From assembly GCA_963796285.1 (NCBI GenBank), contig CAWCKW010000012.1, positions 1,440,001-1,504,000 of the forward strand: a stretch of 64,000 nucleotides of DNA. Direction: 5' to 3'. Positions 1 to 13,179 of this stretch are shown here, piece by piece. The position numbers were made by a program, and so were the translations under genes. The DNA comes from Nitrospirota bacterium (GTDB lineage Bacteria > Nitrospirota > UBA9217). Numbering within the stretch: the stretch's first letter is position 1; each line of letters starts with the position of its first letter. The notes beneath the pieces are model-generated. The model saw only the letters and a program-made list of their open reading frames with translations. It searched no databases and had not been told where the DNA came from.

Positions 1-67
1 CGGCCTCAGCCTCGGCCTCGGTGAGGTTTGCTTTCGTGACGACCTTTGCGATAGCTTCTTTGATCAT
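1..67 (-). CDS. trpD: Anthranilate phosphoribosyltransferase, N-terminus (runs off window)
   Basis: Manual translation MIKEAIAKVVTKANLTEAEAEA with AAGGA RBS; lies directly downstream of trpE-trpG. Confidence 0.8.
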   Translation of the reverse strand, partial: MIKEAIAKVVTKANLTEAEAEA

Positions 68-78
68 AACGGTTCCTT

Positions 79-225
79 AACCACAGAGGCCACAGAGAAA
101 GTCGTTATCAAGATCAGAATTTCTCTTGTAACGCGACTTCATTAAAATCACTTATCCGTGTCTATCCGCCTGTGCCCGGCGTTTACGAGTGGTACCGCAA
201 GTGCAGGGTATGTCCATCCATGGTT
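79..225. repeat. Intergenic imperfect inverted repeat of the 9-bp-period family
   Basis: aaccacagaggccacagaga ... tccatccatggtt; contains cgcaagtgcagg, also present at 57123-57134. Confidence 0.5.
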
Positions 226-232
226 GATAACA

Positions 233-796
233 TCACAGCTTCAAAAAGTTCCTGAGCAGGTCCTTCCCCGCCCCGGTCAAGATGGACTCGGGGTGGAACT
301 GCACCCCTTCGACCTTGAACTGCCTGTGCCTCACGCCCATGATGATGCCGTCGTCGGTCCATGCCGTCACTTCGAGCACCGGCGGCAGGGTATCGCGCTT
401 GATGATGAGCGAATGGTAGCGCGTGGCCTCAAACGGGTTCGGGAGGCCGCTGAAGATGGTCTTGTTGTCGTGATGGATCATCGAGGTCTTGCCGTGCATC
501 AGGTAGGGCGCGCGGATCACGTCGCCGCCAAAGGCCTCGCCGATCGACTGGTGGCCGAGGCAGACGCCGAGGAGCGGTACCCTGCCCGCGAAGTGTTTGA
601 TCACGTCGATCGAGATCCCCGCTTCTTTTGGCGTACAGGGCCCGGGCGAGATCACGATGCGCTCGGGCCTCATCTTCTCGATCTCAGGGATCGTGATCTT
701 GTTGTTCCGGTACACCTTCAGGTCCTGCCCCAACTCGCCCAGATACTGGACCAGGTTGTAGGTGAAGGAATCGTAATTGTCGATCATCAAAAGCAT
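233..796 (-). CDS. trpG: Anthranilate synthase component II / glutamine amidotransferase
   Basis: [22 protein letters not shown] and QFHPES motifs. Confidence 0.95.
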   Translation of the reverse strand: MLLMIDNYDSFTYNLVQYLGELGQDLKVYRNNKITIPEIEKMRPERIVISPGPCTPKEAGISIDVIKHFAGRVPLLGVCLGHQSIGEAFGGDVIRAPYLMHGKTSMIHHDNKTIFSGLPNPFEATRYHSLIIKRDTLPPVLEVTAWTDDGIIMGVRHRQFKVEGVQFHPESILTGAGKDLLRNFLKL

Positions 797-816
797 AAAA
801 AACCTCTAAAATCGTC

Positions 817-968
817 TCTCGCAAAGGCGCAAAGTACCAAAGTTTTAAGTCTGAATGCGTCAAAATCTTTGAGAGTACCTTTGCTTTTTTCCGTGTCCAA
901 AGCGTTTTCTCTAACATTTTTTGGTCTTGTTTTTCTTTTCTTTGCATCTTTGCGACTTTGCGCGAAAA
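817..968. repeat. Intergenic inverted repeat with 9-bp-period arms
   Basis: tctcgcaaaggcgcaaagtaccaaag ... ctttgcatctttgcgactttgcgcgaaa. Confidence 0.65.
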
Positions 969-997
969 CCGTCTTGGCTTTTGTTTATGTCTGCGTC

Positions 998-2486
998 TTA
1001 ATCCAACCCCTTCTCCGCCATCTCCACGGCCCGCATCATGGCCTTGGCCTTGTTCACCGTTTCCTGATACTCGGCGGCCGGGTCGCTGTCCGCCACCACG
1101 CCGCCGCCTGCCTGGATGTAGGCAATGTTGTCCTTGATCACGAGCGTGCGGATCGTGATGCAGGTGTCCATGTTGCCCGAGAACCCGAAATATCCGACCG
1201 CGCCCGCATACGGCCCGCGCCGCGTAGGTTCAAGCTCATCGATGATCTGCATGGCGCGGATCTTGGGGGCGCCCGACACCGTGCCGGCCGGAAAACACGC
1301 CCGGATCACGTCATAGGAGTCATTGTTGACCGACAATTTTCCGCGCACGTTCGACACGATATGCATCACGTGCGAGTACCGCTCGATCACCATAAGTTCG
1401 CTCACCTTCACGCTGCCCGGTTCGCTCACCCGGCCCACGTCGTTCCTGCCGAGGTCCACGAGCATGATATGCTCGGCCCGCTCTTTCGGATCTGCAAGCA
1501 GTTCTCCGGCGAGCGCCTTGTCCTCTTCCTCCGTGGCGCCTCGTCGGCGCGTGCCCGCGATCGGCCTGAGGTCGATCGTGCCGCCCTCGAGCCTCACCAT
1601 GACCTCGGGAGACGCGCCCACAACCGTCGCGTCGCCGCAGCGGAGAAAATACATGTACGGCGACGGGTTGACCAGCCGCAGCGCGCGATAGATCTCATAG
1701 GGCTCGACATTGATCTTCGTCTGGAACCGCTGGGACGGCACGACCTGGAAGATGTCCCCTGCCTTGATGTACTCCTTTGCCTTCAGCACCGCCTGCTCGT
1801 ACTGCGGCTGGGTAAAATTGGAGGTGAGCGTGTGTCCCGTTGTCTTCGCTTTCTCTCTTGACCCCTGCCCCTTGCCCCTTGACCCCCGCTTTCAGCTTCC
1901 TGACGAGGGCGTTGATCTTCTTCGTCGCCTCATGGTAGGCCGCCTCGACGGATCTGCCCTTCACATGCGCGTTCGACACCACCTTGATCATGTGGGTGAT
2001 GTTGTCGAAGATCACGAGCGTGTCGGTGATCATGAAAAAGACATCGGGAATATCGAGACCGCTCTTCTCGCGGCCCGGCAGTTCCTCGAAAAAACGGACC
2101 ACATCGTAGCCCATGAACCCGACGGCGCCGCCGAAGAAACGCGGCAGCGACGGATCGGGCACGGGCACATACGCGGACAGGACCTTCTTGATCACCTCAA
2201 GCGGGTCGCGCTCAAAGGACCGCTTTTGAGTTTTTCCGTCCCTGATGACCTCGACGGTGCGGCCGAAGCTCCTGACCACGACCGACGGCCTGCTTCCGAG
2301 GAACGAATAACGCGCCCACTTCTCGCCGCCTTCCATGCTTTCAAGAAGGAAGGAATGGCGGCCATCGTCGATCTTCTGAAATGCGGACACCGGCGTTTCC
2401 ATGTCCGCAAGGATCTCGCGATACACGGGGATGAGGTTGCCTTTTTTCGCCTTCTTTTTGAACTCCTCAAGAGAGGGCTGGAACAT
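998..2486 (-). CDS. trpE: Anthranilate synthase component I (one frameshift at ~1830-1890, probable sequencing error)
   Basis: N-half [16 protein letters not shown] (ORF 1695..2486); C-half [32 protein letters not shown] (ORF 998..1789). Confidence 0.92.
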
Positions 2487-2516
2487 AAAACTCCTTGCAA
2501 AATAAGAGGTTTGCGT

Positions 2517-2546
2517 ACTATACCAGATAATTTAAAGAAGTGTCAA
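2517..2546 (-). promoter_or_regulatory. Sigma70-type promoter of the trp operon
   Basis: Minus strand TTGACA-18 nt-TATAGT with TGn extended -10, ~30 nt upstream of the trpE ATG. Confidence 0.65.
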
Positions 2547-2751
2547 TCAGAAAGAAATCTTGAGCGATGTTAGAGCTTGGCGAGGGAGTCCGGAGCGGTT
2601 ACTGAAGCGATTGCTGTCGATGAATACTTACAAACAATAAGGTCAGCCTACACTGAACAAGCGGTTAGGAATCACATGACATTCGATAATAGATGTGGCA
2701 ATAAGTATGCTGCGAACGCTCTTCGACGTTCACACGAAACATCGTCCTGGG

Positions 2752-4652
<1,901 letters not shown>

Positions 4653-4806
4653 TGGATAACCTCCTATCTCCTGACTACTACCTGGTGACTTTCCTCTTTT
4701 CGCGGCAGATTATAGATCATGAGGAACGATAAAGCAATATGAAGTTTGGCTTGCACCGTTTTGCCGCTCACGCAGCGCGTCTAACTCCATGCCGTATCTT
4801 ACTGCC

Positions 4807-5964
4807 CTATAGCATTGATTCCACCATCTTCCTGAAGTATCGGCAGTTATCCTCCAGGTCCGGGCCGTGCTTGAACAGCCCGCCGCCGATCAGAAATATC
4901 AGGTCCCGACCGTACGTCTCGAGCATTTCAGGGATGCGGTCAAGGCCCATGCCGCCGCCCGGTGCGGGGAAGATGGATTTAAGATGCCCCATGGGCTCGG
5001 ACGTTGCCTTGACGATCTCCCGGCACTCCTCGCGGCTAAATGAGAAGCGTCCGCCGAAGTTCGGGAAGATGGTCGCATCCGCGCCGGCCAGGCGCGCAAG
5101 CTGGCCGAAAATAACGCCGTGGGACATCCCATTGGCACTCGTCACAAAACTCCCTTGCAAAGCCGGATGCGTAAGGATCGGCAGCGCGATCGAGTCGTCA
5201 TCCGCCAGCTCCCGCATCAGATCAAAGCCGATCAATCCCGGCGCAACCATCAGACCGCCTGCTCCCGCGTCCTTTGCCATCCTGCCCCTCTTGACGACCT
5301 CGCTATGAGGAGCGGTAATATTTGCGACATAGATCGTCCGATGGCCGGTTTCCTTGGCCGCCCGCTGTACTGCCTCGGCACATCGCTTTACCCGTTCCTC
5401 GAAAGGCGAACAGCCTTGATTGGTCAGGCCGTGGTCGTCCTTGATGATGTCCATGCCTCCCCGGGCGAGCTGGTATGCCAGGTCTGCAAGCTCCTGTGAC
5501 GAAAGACCCATGGGTTTGATCGCCGAAGAAAGCAGCGGCCGCTTCGGTATGTTCAGGAGGCTTCTTAGCCCCTCCCTGCCAAAGCGCGGCCCTTTGAAGC
5601 GGCGCAGAAGCGATTCAGGCAGATCAAGATGTTCGACGCGGATGCCCGGCTTGATGCTGCTGTTGCCGAACACGACATTCAGGAACTGCGTCAGTTCGCC
5701 AGCAGCGATCTCAACTGCATAGCTGATGACTGCCCTGAAATGTTTACGATCAAGCGGTTCAAACAGTTCGATCCGGCCAAAGACATGGTCCCTGATGATC
5801 CCTTCCGGCACTTCGTCCGCGGGGAATTCCACCGTCTGTTCGATACAGATGTCCTCTGCCCTGGCACGCGCTTCCTTCTCACTGCCGGTAAGGCGGTATG
5901 TCACGGAGAAGCGGTCGCCGGAAAAAAGAGCGGCCTGGGTGCAGGTCTTCTGGATAATAGACAT
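4807..5964 (-). CDS. RuBisCO-like protein (form IV), Rhodospirillum rubrum MTRu-1P isomerase type
   Basis: EQTVEFP, FGNSS, IKPMGL, IKDDHG (KDDH rather than RuBisCO KDDE), IFPNFGGRF, PAPGGG, LIGGG; 385 aa. Confidence 0.88.
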   Translation of the reverse strand: MSIIQKTCTQAALFSGDRFSVTYRLTGSEKEARARAEDICIEQTVEFPADEVPEGIIRDHVFGRIELFEPLDRKHFRAVISYAVEIAAGELTQFLNVVFGNSSIKPGIRVEHLDLPESLLRRFKGPRFGREGLRSLLNIPKRPLLSSAIKPMGLSSQELADLAYQLARGGMDIIKDDHGLTNQGCSPFEERVKRCAEAVQRAAKETGHRTIYVANITAPHSEVVKRGRMAKDAGAGGLMVAPGLIGFDLMRELADDDSIALPILTHPALQGSFVTSANGMSHGVIFGQLARLAGADATIFPNFGGRFSFSREECREIVKATSEPMGHLKSIFPAPGGGMGLDRIPEMLETYGRDLIFLIGGGLFKHGPDLEDNCRYFRKMVESML

Positions 5965-6032
5965 CGGGAGAAGATGTGCTCCTTTGATATTATTGGACGA
6001 ATACAGTTAAAGAACCAGAACTAAACCAGTTC

Positions 6033-6114
6033 TAACCGCCGAGACGCGGAGGCGCAGAGAAAATCTTTCTTTCAATCTGCATTTCTCCCGCAATTCTCCG
6101 CGCCTCAGCGGTAA
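6033..6114. repeat. Intergenic inverted repeat (9-bp-period family)
   Basis: taaccgccgagacgcggaggcgcagaga ... ctccgcgcctcagcggtaa. Confidence 0.65.
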
Positions 6115-6121
6115 ATTATAA

Positions 6122-7642
6122 CTACCAGTCAATGGGGAAATAATCCTTGAGAAATTTTCCGCACCAGTGCCTCCCTGTTAAGATCCCGTCAAAGAAGGGA
6201 TCGCAGACCCTGGCAGCTCCATCCACAATATCCAGGGGAGGTTGGAAATCATGTACTGTTTGCTTGTAATGGGAAAGCTCCGCGGGATCTTCATCAGTGA
6301 CCCAGCCCGTATCAACGGCATTCATAAAGATACCGTCTTTGGCAAGGTCTTCCGCCGAGGTATGGGTCATCATATTCAGGGCCGCTTTCGCCATATTCGT
6401 ATGAGGATGACGCGCGTCTTTTTTGAATCTGAAAAACTTTCCTTCCATGGCAGTTACGTTGACAATATGCTTTTGGCCGGTATGAGCACGCCGCATCAGC
6501 GATGCCAATCTATTGCACAGCACAAAGGGAGCCACGGCATTCACCAGCTGTACTTCAAGCATTTCCGTTGTCGGGATCTCTCCCAACCGCAAACGCCAGC
6601 TGTTTGTCTTGCGCAGATCCACCTGTTGAAGGTCGGCGTCCAGTTGCCCTGTGGGGAATATCTCCTCAGCCGCGAGCGAGCTGTCGTGACTGTACGGGAT
6701 CTGTGACAGCTGGGCCGATTCGCGTAAACCTATGCCGGGGTTCTGATTATGCCATGCAACAGGAAGGTCAGAGTTTTCGTTCTGGCAAATAGATTGGATT
6801 TGCTTCTTGCACTCCTCATGGTCAGCGAGAAGCCTCTGCGCCTCCCTGGACAATCCGCTGAAACCGACTTTTTCATGTTCCATCAGATGGGCATAAAAAC
6901 CCGGAGGCCGCCTCACCGTCTGAGCGGCATTATTGATCAGGATATCAAGACGCCCGTATCTCTGTTCCAGATAACTGGTAAATAGCTCAACACTGGGGAT
7001 ATGCCTCAGATCAAGACCGTGAATATGCAGCCTGTCTCCCCATACAGCATAGCCCTCTTCTTTGGAATATCTGATAGCCGCGTCAACGGGAAAACGTGTC
7101 GTGGCGATCACCGTTGCCCCGGCGCGCAGCAACATCAGGGTCGCCTGGTAGCCGATCTTAAGCCGTGCGCCGGTGATGAATGCAACCTGCCCCTGAAGCG
7201 ATGCGGACTGAAACCGTTTCCGGTAATTCAGGTCGCCGCATTTCTTGCACATCGTGTCATAGAAATGATGCAGCTGGGTATACTCTTCTTTGCATATATA
7301 GCAATTGCGCGGCGAATCCAGTTTTTCACTCTTTTGTTTGGCCTCAGATGAATGACCTTCGATCTGCTCCGGCGCAACAAAGGTTGCATCAGCACGCGCA
7401 CTCCTGATCCCCGTGCTGTTTCTGGCGCGCCGATTATTCTCAAGAGTTGACAGCCTCTTTGTTTTGCTTGCCGTCTTGTTTCTCTTTTTCCGTTCCGCTC
7501 TGTCGGGACGGGATATATCGCCGGTCGCTTTCAGAAGGGCGATTCGCTGTTCTTCTGGAAGGTTAGCAAGCTGGTCCGTATCTTTTACGAGATTTGCGAG
7601 AAGGGCAATGCAATTTTCAATTTCTTCGGAAGAGTGTTTCAT
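6122..7642 (-). CDS. Extended SDR-family NAD(P)-dependent oxidoreductase with N-terminal CxxC..CxxC
   Basis: [33 protein letters not shown]; CYIC...CKKC. Confidence 0.8.
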   Translation of the reverse strand: MKHSSEEIENCIALLANLVKDTDQLANLPEEQRIALLKATGDISRPDRAERKKRNKTASKTKRLSTLENNRRARNSTGIRSARADATFVAPEQIEGHSSEAKQKSEKLDSPRNCYICKEEYTQLHHFYDTMCKKCGDLNYRKRFQSASLQGQVAFITGARLKIGYQATLMLLRAGATVIATTRFPVDAAIRYSKEEGYAVWGDRLHIHGLDLRHIPSVELFTSYLEQRYGRLDILINNAAQTVRRPPGFYAHLMEHEKVGFSGLSREAQRLLADHEECKKQIQSICQNENSDLPVAWHNQNPGIGLRESAQLSQIPYSHDSSLAAEEIFPTGQLDADLQQVDLRKTNSWRLRLGEIPTTEMLEVQLVNAVAPFVLCNRLASLMRRAHTGQKHIVNVTAMEGKFFRFKKDARHPHTNMAKAALNMMTHTSAEDLAKDGIFMNAVDTGWVTDEDPAELSHYKQTVHDFQPPLDIVDGAARVCDPFFDGILTGRHWCGKFLKDYFPIDW

Positions 7643-7707
7643 TAGACAATATTCTCTATTCTCATTTATAAGGTTTCTCATTCCGCACGCAAAAATCCGA
7701 AATGGCT

Positions 7708-9708
7708 CTAAAGCGCCTCAGCCTTTGCCATGCTGTGCACCGCTGTAATATGCGCTTCTGCAAGCTCGTCTTCGGAGACATTGAACCGCTGACCAATCAT
7801 TGCTTCAACTTCCCTGATCAACGAAAGCGCATCCATCTTGTGTTCCTTCAGGAGATACTGTTTGCTCGCCCCGTGGCTGAAGGTATCCTGGAGGCCGATC
7901 CTGACGAGTTTCTTCGCAATGCCTGCTTCCGCCATCTTCTCGGCGATGATGGAACCCAGGCCGCCGACGATGGTGTGGTTCTCCATGGTGATCACGCCAA
8001 AGCGTGACTTGCGCTATCGCATCGAGAACAGTCTGGTCATTGAATGGTTTTAAGTGTTGAGATATGCATATGCTGGATAGACAGGCCGCGCTTCTTGAGC
8101 ACCTGTATTGCCCGCATGGCCTCCTCGGTCATGATGCCGCTTGACAGGACCGTTATGTCGTTCCCTTCGGACAACACCCGCGCCTTGCCGAATTTCATCG
8201 GGCTGTCGAAGAGCCGCGGGATCTCGCCCCGGAGCATTCTCACATACACCGGCCCGTTGATTTTTTCGATCACTTCGAGGACGGATCTCTACCTCGGTCG
8301 CGTCCCCGCACTCGAGCACGGTCATGTTCGGCAAGGCGCGCATGACCGCGATGTCCTCGATGGCCTGATGGGTCGCCCCGCCCGGCGTGGTAATGCCCGG
8401 AAGGAAGCCGATCATCCGGACCGGCAGATTGGGATACGCGACGGACATGGCGATCTGGTCATACGCGCGGCGGTAGATAAAGACCGCGAAGGTATGCACA
8501 AAGGGAATGAACCCTTCCCGCGCAAGGCCCGCGGCAAAGCTCAGCATGTTCTGCTCGGCAATGCCCATGGACAGGAAGCGGTCGGGATAGGTGATCGCGG
8601 AACAGGTCGATCTCCGTGGAGCTCGTGAGGTCGGCGGAGAGCACCAGCACTTTTGGTTTGTCCGCTGCCCATCGTACGAGGTTCTTTGCATGGACCCTGG
8701 TAACGATCTCAGGACCTGATGGAGGCTTTTGCGGGGGCCTTCTCCTTCTTTTGTCTCAGGCGGACACTCCCTGCCGCATAGCTCCGCATAGGCGGCCACA
8801 TAGCGGCCCTTTTCCTCTTCGCTCGTAAAGCGGACATAGTGCATCTTCGGGGCGCGGGCTTCAGGACGTCGAGTCCCCGTGCCGCATCGGTGTCGCACAG
8901 CACAACAACGGGCCGTCCATCAGGAGTAAGCGATCCGGCATCTGCCAGACGCTTGATGTCGTGCCCATTCACCCGGAGCACCCGGCAGCCGAAGGATTCA
9001 AGCCTCTTGTCCAGCGGTTCGATGTCCATGACCGTGCACATCTTGCCGTCGCACTGGAACCCGTTCACATCAACGTAGATGATCACGTTGTCGAGCATGT
9101 GGATGCGAAAGGGCCTGGAGCGCCTCCCAGGTCTGGCCGATCTGGAACTCGCCATCGGACATGAAGATGAACACCCTGCCCTTCTCTTCCTTTCGTTTTC
9201 TTGCCATGGCAATGCCGGCTGCCTGGCTGATGCCCTGTCCCAGAGAACCGGTCATGGTCTCCATGCCCGGCGAGTGCTCCGCGCCGATCATCTCGACGGA
9301 GCTTCCATCCTTATTGAACTGGAGAAGCCCTTCCTCGGCCATGCGGCCGGTCTCGATCAGGGTCGCGTACAGGACCAGGGCGTACTGGGCCGGAGAGAGG
9401 AAGAAGCGGTCGTGGTCCGGGCCCGGGCCGTTAAATGAAGCGCCGGTAAAGTAATCCGGGTTGTCCGGGCCAGGCACGCCGGGAAAGGGCCGGGGCACGA
9501 GCGGAGTCTCGATCGTGCCGAGGTCCATGACCTTCACATAGAGCGTTGCCAGGATCTCGGCTGATGAACAGGCCTGGGAGAGATATCCTCCGTTGTTCCT
9601 GATCGTATGCTCCAGCACGCGACGCCGGATGCCTGCTGCCACGCGCCTGACCTCGTCCTGCCAGGTCGATGATTCCTTTTTTTTATCTGCTGACTTCATT
9701 GCTCTCAC
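7708..9708 (-). CDS. Divergent transketolase-family ThDP enzyme; N- and C-domains apparently fused; several frameshifts
   Basis: [28 protein letters not shown]; [36 protein letters not shown] spread over ORFs 9070..9708, 8709..9212, 8459..8650, 8050..8898, 8037..8273, 7708..7995. No start codon precedes the C-domain frame. Confidence 0.8.
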
Positions 9709-9730
9709 AAATGCTCCTTATCATATAATT

Positions 9731-9893
9731 CTAACCCGGACAAGCCGGACTAAAATGAAAAAAGCTAAAAGGCGTCTCGCGCAAAGACGCAAAGCCGCAA
9801 AGAAAGGCTAAATCATGGTTTTTAAACTAGGCCTGAAGCTTTCCTTTGCGTCTTTGCGGCTCAGTGTGGCCCTCTTCTTGGCCATTGCGCGAA
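9731..9893. repeat. ctaacccggaca motif followed by a 9-bp-period inverted repeat
   Basis: ctaacccggacaagccgga then tctcgcgcaaagacgcaaagccgcaaag ... ctttgcgtctttgcgg ... ttgcgcgaaa. Confidence 0.65.
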
Positions 9894-9902
9894 AAAAGGT
9901 TT

Positions 9903-11012
9903 CTATCTTTCGTCTTTTAAGACCACGCTCCTCAGCTGCTCAGCCGCGTCCTCGGGGCAGATCGTATTCACAAAGAGGCCGGACCCCAGTTCAAATCCCG
10001 TGGGAATGCTCGTGCGCGGGCAGATCTCGATATGCCAGTGAAACGCCGGCGCGCTCGCCGCGTACTCAGCGCCGTGCGGCAGCGAATGGACAAAATAGTT
10101 GTACTGCGCGCCGCCGAGCACGGCATTGAGCCGCGCCATGGTCCTCCTGAAGAGGCCCGCCAGATCGACAAGGTCCTCAGAGGTCGCATCGAGAAAATCA
10201 GCCTGGTGAGCAAGCGGCAGGATATGCACCTCCCACTCGTAGCGGCTCGCAAAGGGTTTTATGGCAATGAACCGGCTGCTGCGCTCGATGACGAACTGTC
10301 CCACGTTGATCTTCCGGCGGAGTGCGCCCGACTCCCGGTCGTACAGGGTCGCTTCAAAGGTGAGCGCCTCATCGATGAGGCTGCAAAAAACGCATTGGCG
10401 AGCGGTCCGGTAAAACACCGTGCTGTGGCGGACCTCCGCCAGCACATTGCGGGGCACCACGGGCATGGCGATCATCTGGCTGTGGGTGTGGCTGATGCTG
10501 GCACCCGCGGCAGGACCGAAGTTTTTGAACACGAGCACATACTGCAGCCGGTCGTCAGTATGATAGAGCTGCTCCATCCGGCCGCGATAGGTCGACAGGA
10601 GCAGTGCAAGGTGTTCTTCCGCCATTTCATGGACCCTGATGCCGTGCGAAGCATGGTCGATGATCACTTCGTGCCGTCCGTAACCGTCGATCGTCTGCTG
10701 AAGACCAAAGGCAAAATTCGGGTTCTCCCGGTCGTCCCCGAGCACGGGATAGAGGTTCTCCACGATGCGGAGCTGCCAGACCCCCTCCGCAGGGACCTGC
10801 GCGATCAACGCGGGGGTCATCGCCTCATTGCCGCGGCAGAATGGGCACGTGGCCACGTGCGGCCGTTCGTCGTACGGCGCCAGGGCTTCCTCTTTTTTGG
10901 GGCGCATGCTGCGCGCCGTGGCCACGAGCACGGACTCGCTCGGTACGATCGGATTGATCCGTATCTCGCGTATGATCTTTGCTCCCGGCATTTGGACTGG
11001 CTGCGCACTCAT
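9903..11012 (-). CDS. galT: Galactose-1-phosphate uridylyltransferase-family (GalT/HIT) protein
   Basis: CPFCRGNE, VENLYP, GRHEVII, FKNFGPAAGASISHTHSQ, CVFC, HWHIEI. Confidence 0.85.
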   Translation of the reverse strand: MSAQPVQMPGAKIIREIRINPIVPSESVLVATARSMRPKKEEALAPYDERPHVATCPFCRGNEAMTPALIAQVPAEGVWQLRIVENLYPVLGDDRENPNFAFGLQQTIDGYGRHEVIIDHASHGIRVHEMAEEHLALLLSTYRGRMEQLYHTDDRLQYVLVFKNFGPAAGASISHTHSQMIAMPVVPRNVLAEVRHSTVFYRTARQCVFCSLIDEALTFEATLYDRESGALRRKINVGQFVIERSSRFIAIKPFASRYEWEVHILPLAHQADFLDATSEDLVDLAGLFRRTMARLNAVLGGAQYNYFVHSLPHGAEYAASAPAFHWHIEICPRTSIPTGFELGSGLFVNTICPEDAAEQLRSVVLKDER

Positions 11013-11098
11013 TCACATTCTCCAGGACCCCAGGGAGTCGTTGTTGTTTTCCAGCGCAAGATACCCGGTCCGATACCGCATTCGCATGACCAGGGCAG

Positions 11099-11473
11099 TT
11101 AAACGCTAATCGCGACGTCCCGATGAACGCTTTCCGGAGAAAAAGCAGGCGTACAAACGGCAATATACTCCGCACCGTCGGGGCCGGGTGTGCTGTACTG
11201 CACCCATTCGCCCCTGCCGGCGATAATGGCTTCACCAGCTTGTACTTCATGAACACCCGACCTCGTCATAACTCGCAGCATGCCTTTCAGGACAAGCGTG
11301 TATTCATCGAATTCAGGCGTCTGGCCCGGCTCGCTCCACTCTGCGGGGCTTTTCATCCGCGCGATGCTTACTGCTTCGGTCTTCGAATTTACCCGGCCGA
11401 TGAACTCCTCGATCGTTTTTGGTTTGTTACCAACAGCCCGTATCACCGTCGGCTTTGTGAAATGGGTCGTCAT
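11099..11473 (-). CDS. Small cupin-domain protein (EutQ-like)
   Basis: EEFIGRVN, WSEPGQTPEFDEYTLVLKG, EWVQYSTP, YIAVCTPAFSP. Confidence 0.75.
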   Translation of the reverse strand: MTTHFTKPTVIRAVGNKPKTIEEFIGRVNSKTEAVSIARMKSPAEWSEPGQTPEFDEYTLVLKGMLRVMTRSGVHEVQAGEAIIAGRGEWVQYSTPGPDGAEYIAVCTPAFSPESVHRDVAISV

Positions 11474-11804
11474 GGGGTCCTCCGAATGAACGCTGCGGTT
11501 CCATCGTCTTTGTGAATGAAGCGTAGAATATCGAGATCGACATTCAGGGTGCCGAGGGTGCACTATCTGTCCCCGCGTTTGAGAAAAGCGTACTATAACT
11601 GAACAAATTAGCCAAGATTTTTGATGAGCTACCGCTGAGGTTGTTATTGCTCTGCACCGATAAAAGCTCAATGACAGGTAATACTGATATTTATTGCAGA
11701 TTATGAAACACGCTACCTACTCATCGTATATGCCTGACCGGACCTGCTCCATGCCTGATAAAGGGAAAAGTGCAAGCTCGCGCACTTGCAGATCCCACGA
11801 CATC

Positions 11805-12455
11805 CTATTTCCACACCCGGTGCTTCAGTCCCGCGATATCCGCCATCCGCAGCTCTGCCGCATGCGTCTTACCCTGCCTGATGAGATCAATGACGTCGGA
11901 GTCCACGATCGCCTGAAACACCTGCCTCCGTTTGCTCTCATCAGGGACCTCTTCAAGGACCCGCTTACGGATCGCCGACAGCTTCTCGAGGAAGATCTCA
12001 TACTCAGTGCCATACCTCTGTTCGATATCCTGCCTGATCTTCTTCGAAAGTGCCGGGCTTGCGCCGCTCGTGGAAATCGCGATCAGGAGATCTCCCCGCT
12101 CCACTACCGAGGGCACTATGAAGCTGCTCTCCTCGGGAGGCACGGCCACGTTCACCAGCACATGTTTTTTCCTGCATGCCGACGCCACCAGGGTGTTCAC
12201 CTCGGCCGAATCGCGTCGCGGCGATCACGAGGAACTGCGCCGGAGAGGTCCTTTTCATCATACTTTTTCTGGAGATGGGTGATTTTGCCGGAGTCGGAGA
12301 GCTCGTGCAGTTTCGGAGTGAGCGCGGGGCTATATGATCGTTACCACAGCCCCTGCTTCAAGAAGCGCGAGCGCCTTGCGCTCGGCCACGGCGCCGCCGC
12401 CGATGACCAGGCAGGGCCGCTCGCGCAGATCCAGATACGCGGGGTAATATTTCAT
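11805..12455 (-). CDS. sirC: Precorrin-2 dehydrogenase / sirohydrochlorin ferrochelatase (CysG N-terminal type), frameshifted
   Basis: Manual start [27 protein letters not shown]; LVIAAT; [25 protein letters not shown]. Confidence 0.85.
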
Positions 12456-13179
12456 GGCTTTTGCAGTTTATGAATGTGGGAAATGGCCGTTTCCTTCATG
12501 GCCGGATATTTCTGCGCAAGCGTTTCGAACCTGGCGCGCGCCAGGTCCCGCTCGCCGAGCTTCATATAGGAAAGTCCCGCGTAGTAGAGCGCGTCTTTTT
12601 CCGAGGGCGTGCCGGGATAATCATGCAACAGCTTCTCGCACCTTCCCGCGGCCGCCTTATATGACCCCTTCTTGTAGATAGAAATGCGCAACGTAGAGCT
12701 CGTACTCCGCGATCCAGTCCGTGCAGATGGAAATATATTTCCTCGCCTGTTCTTCATAGCCGCTCTTTGGATACTTGTCGAGGAGCTTCCGCATCTCTCT
12801 GATCACGGCATGGGCCGGCGCGGGGTCCCGGTCGATGGTCAAGAGTTCCTTGTAGCTGCACATCGCGATCTGGTACTGGGCGTAGGCCGCGTCTTTGTGC
12901 ACCGGATGGTAGTTCAGAAAGGCCTGATACTCGACCAGCGCCTCGCTGTATTTCTCATCGCCGTAGTACGTGTCGGCGATGCGAAGCATCAGGACAGCGT
13001 CATAGCTCTTGTCCGGCGACTTTTCCTGCATCTGCTGGTAGCCCTTGCGCGCCTTTTCGTATGCCTCATTCCGCATGTTCTCTTCGGCTTCTTTGAACAC
13101 CGCCACCGCGTCATAGGGCGGCGGCTTCGACGCATCCGGCAAGGAGGGAAAGGATCACTATGAAGAAGATTTTTTTCAT
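12452..13179 (-). CDS. bamD: Outer membrane protein assembly lipoprotein BamD, two frameshifts
   Basis: [16 protein letters not shown] lipobox; TPR-like [34 protein letters not shown]. Confidence 0.85.

Noticed and set aside
158-1861. Long plus-strand ORFs (e.g. 158..1861, 10032..11102, 29329..30429, 59600..60640)
   Set aside because: Antisense shadows of recognisable minus-strand genes in GC-rich DNA, with no motifs of their own
4807-5964. Bona fide RuBisCO / CO2 fixation
   Set aside because: KDDH rather than KDDE, only 385 aa, and no small subunit or phosphoribulokinase; this is a form IV RLP
11099-11473. Cupin as the MTXu-5P methylsulfurylase partner of the RLP
   Set aside because: Lacks the HxH metal motif, looks EutQ-like and is separated from the RLP locus by galT; cannot be supported
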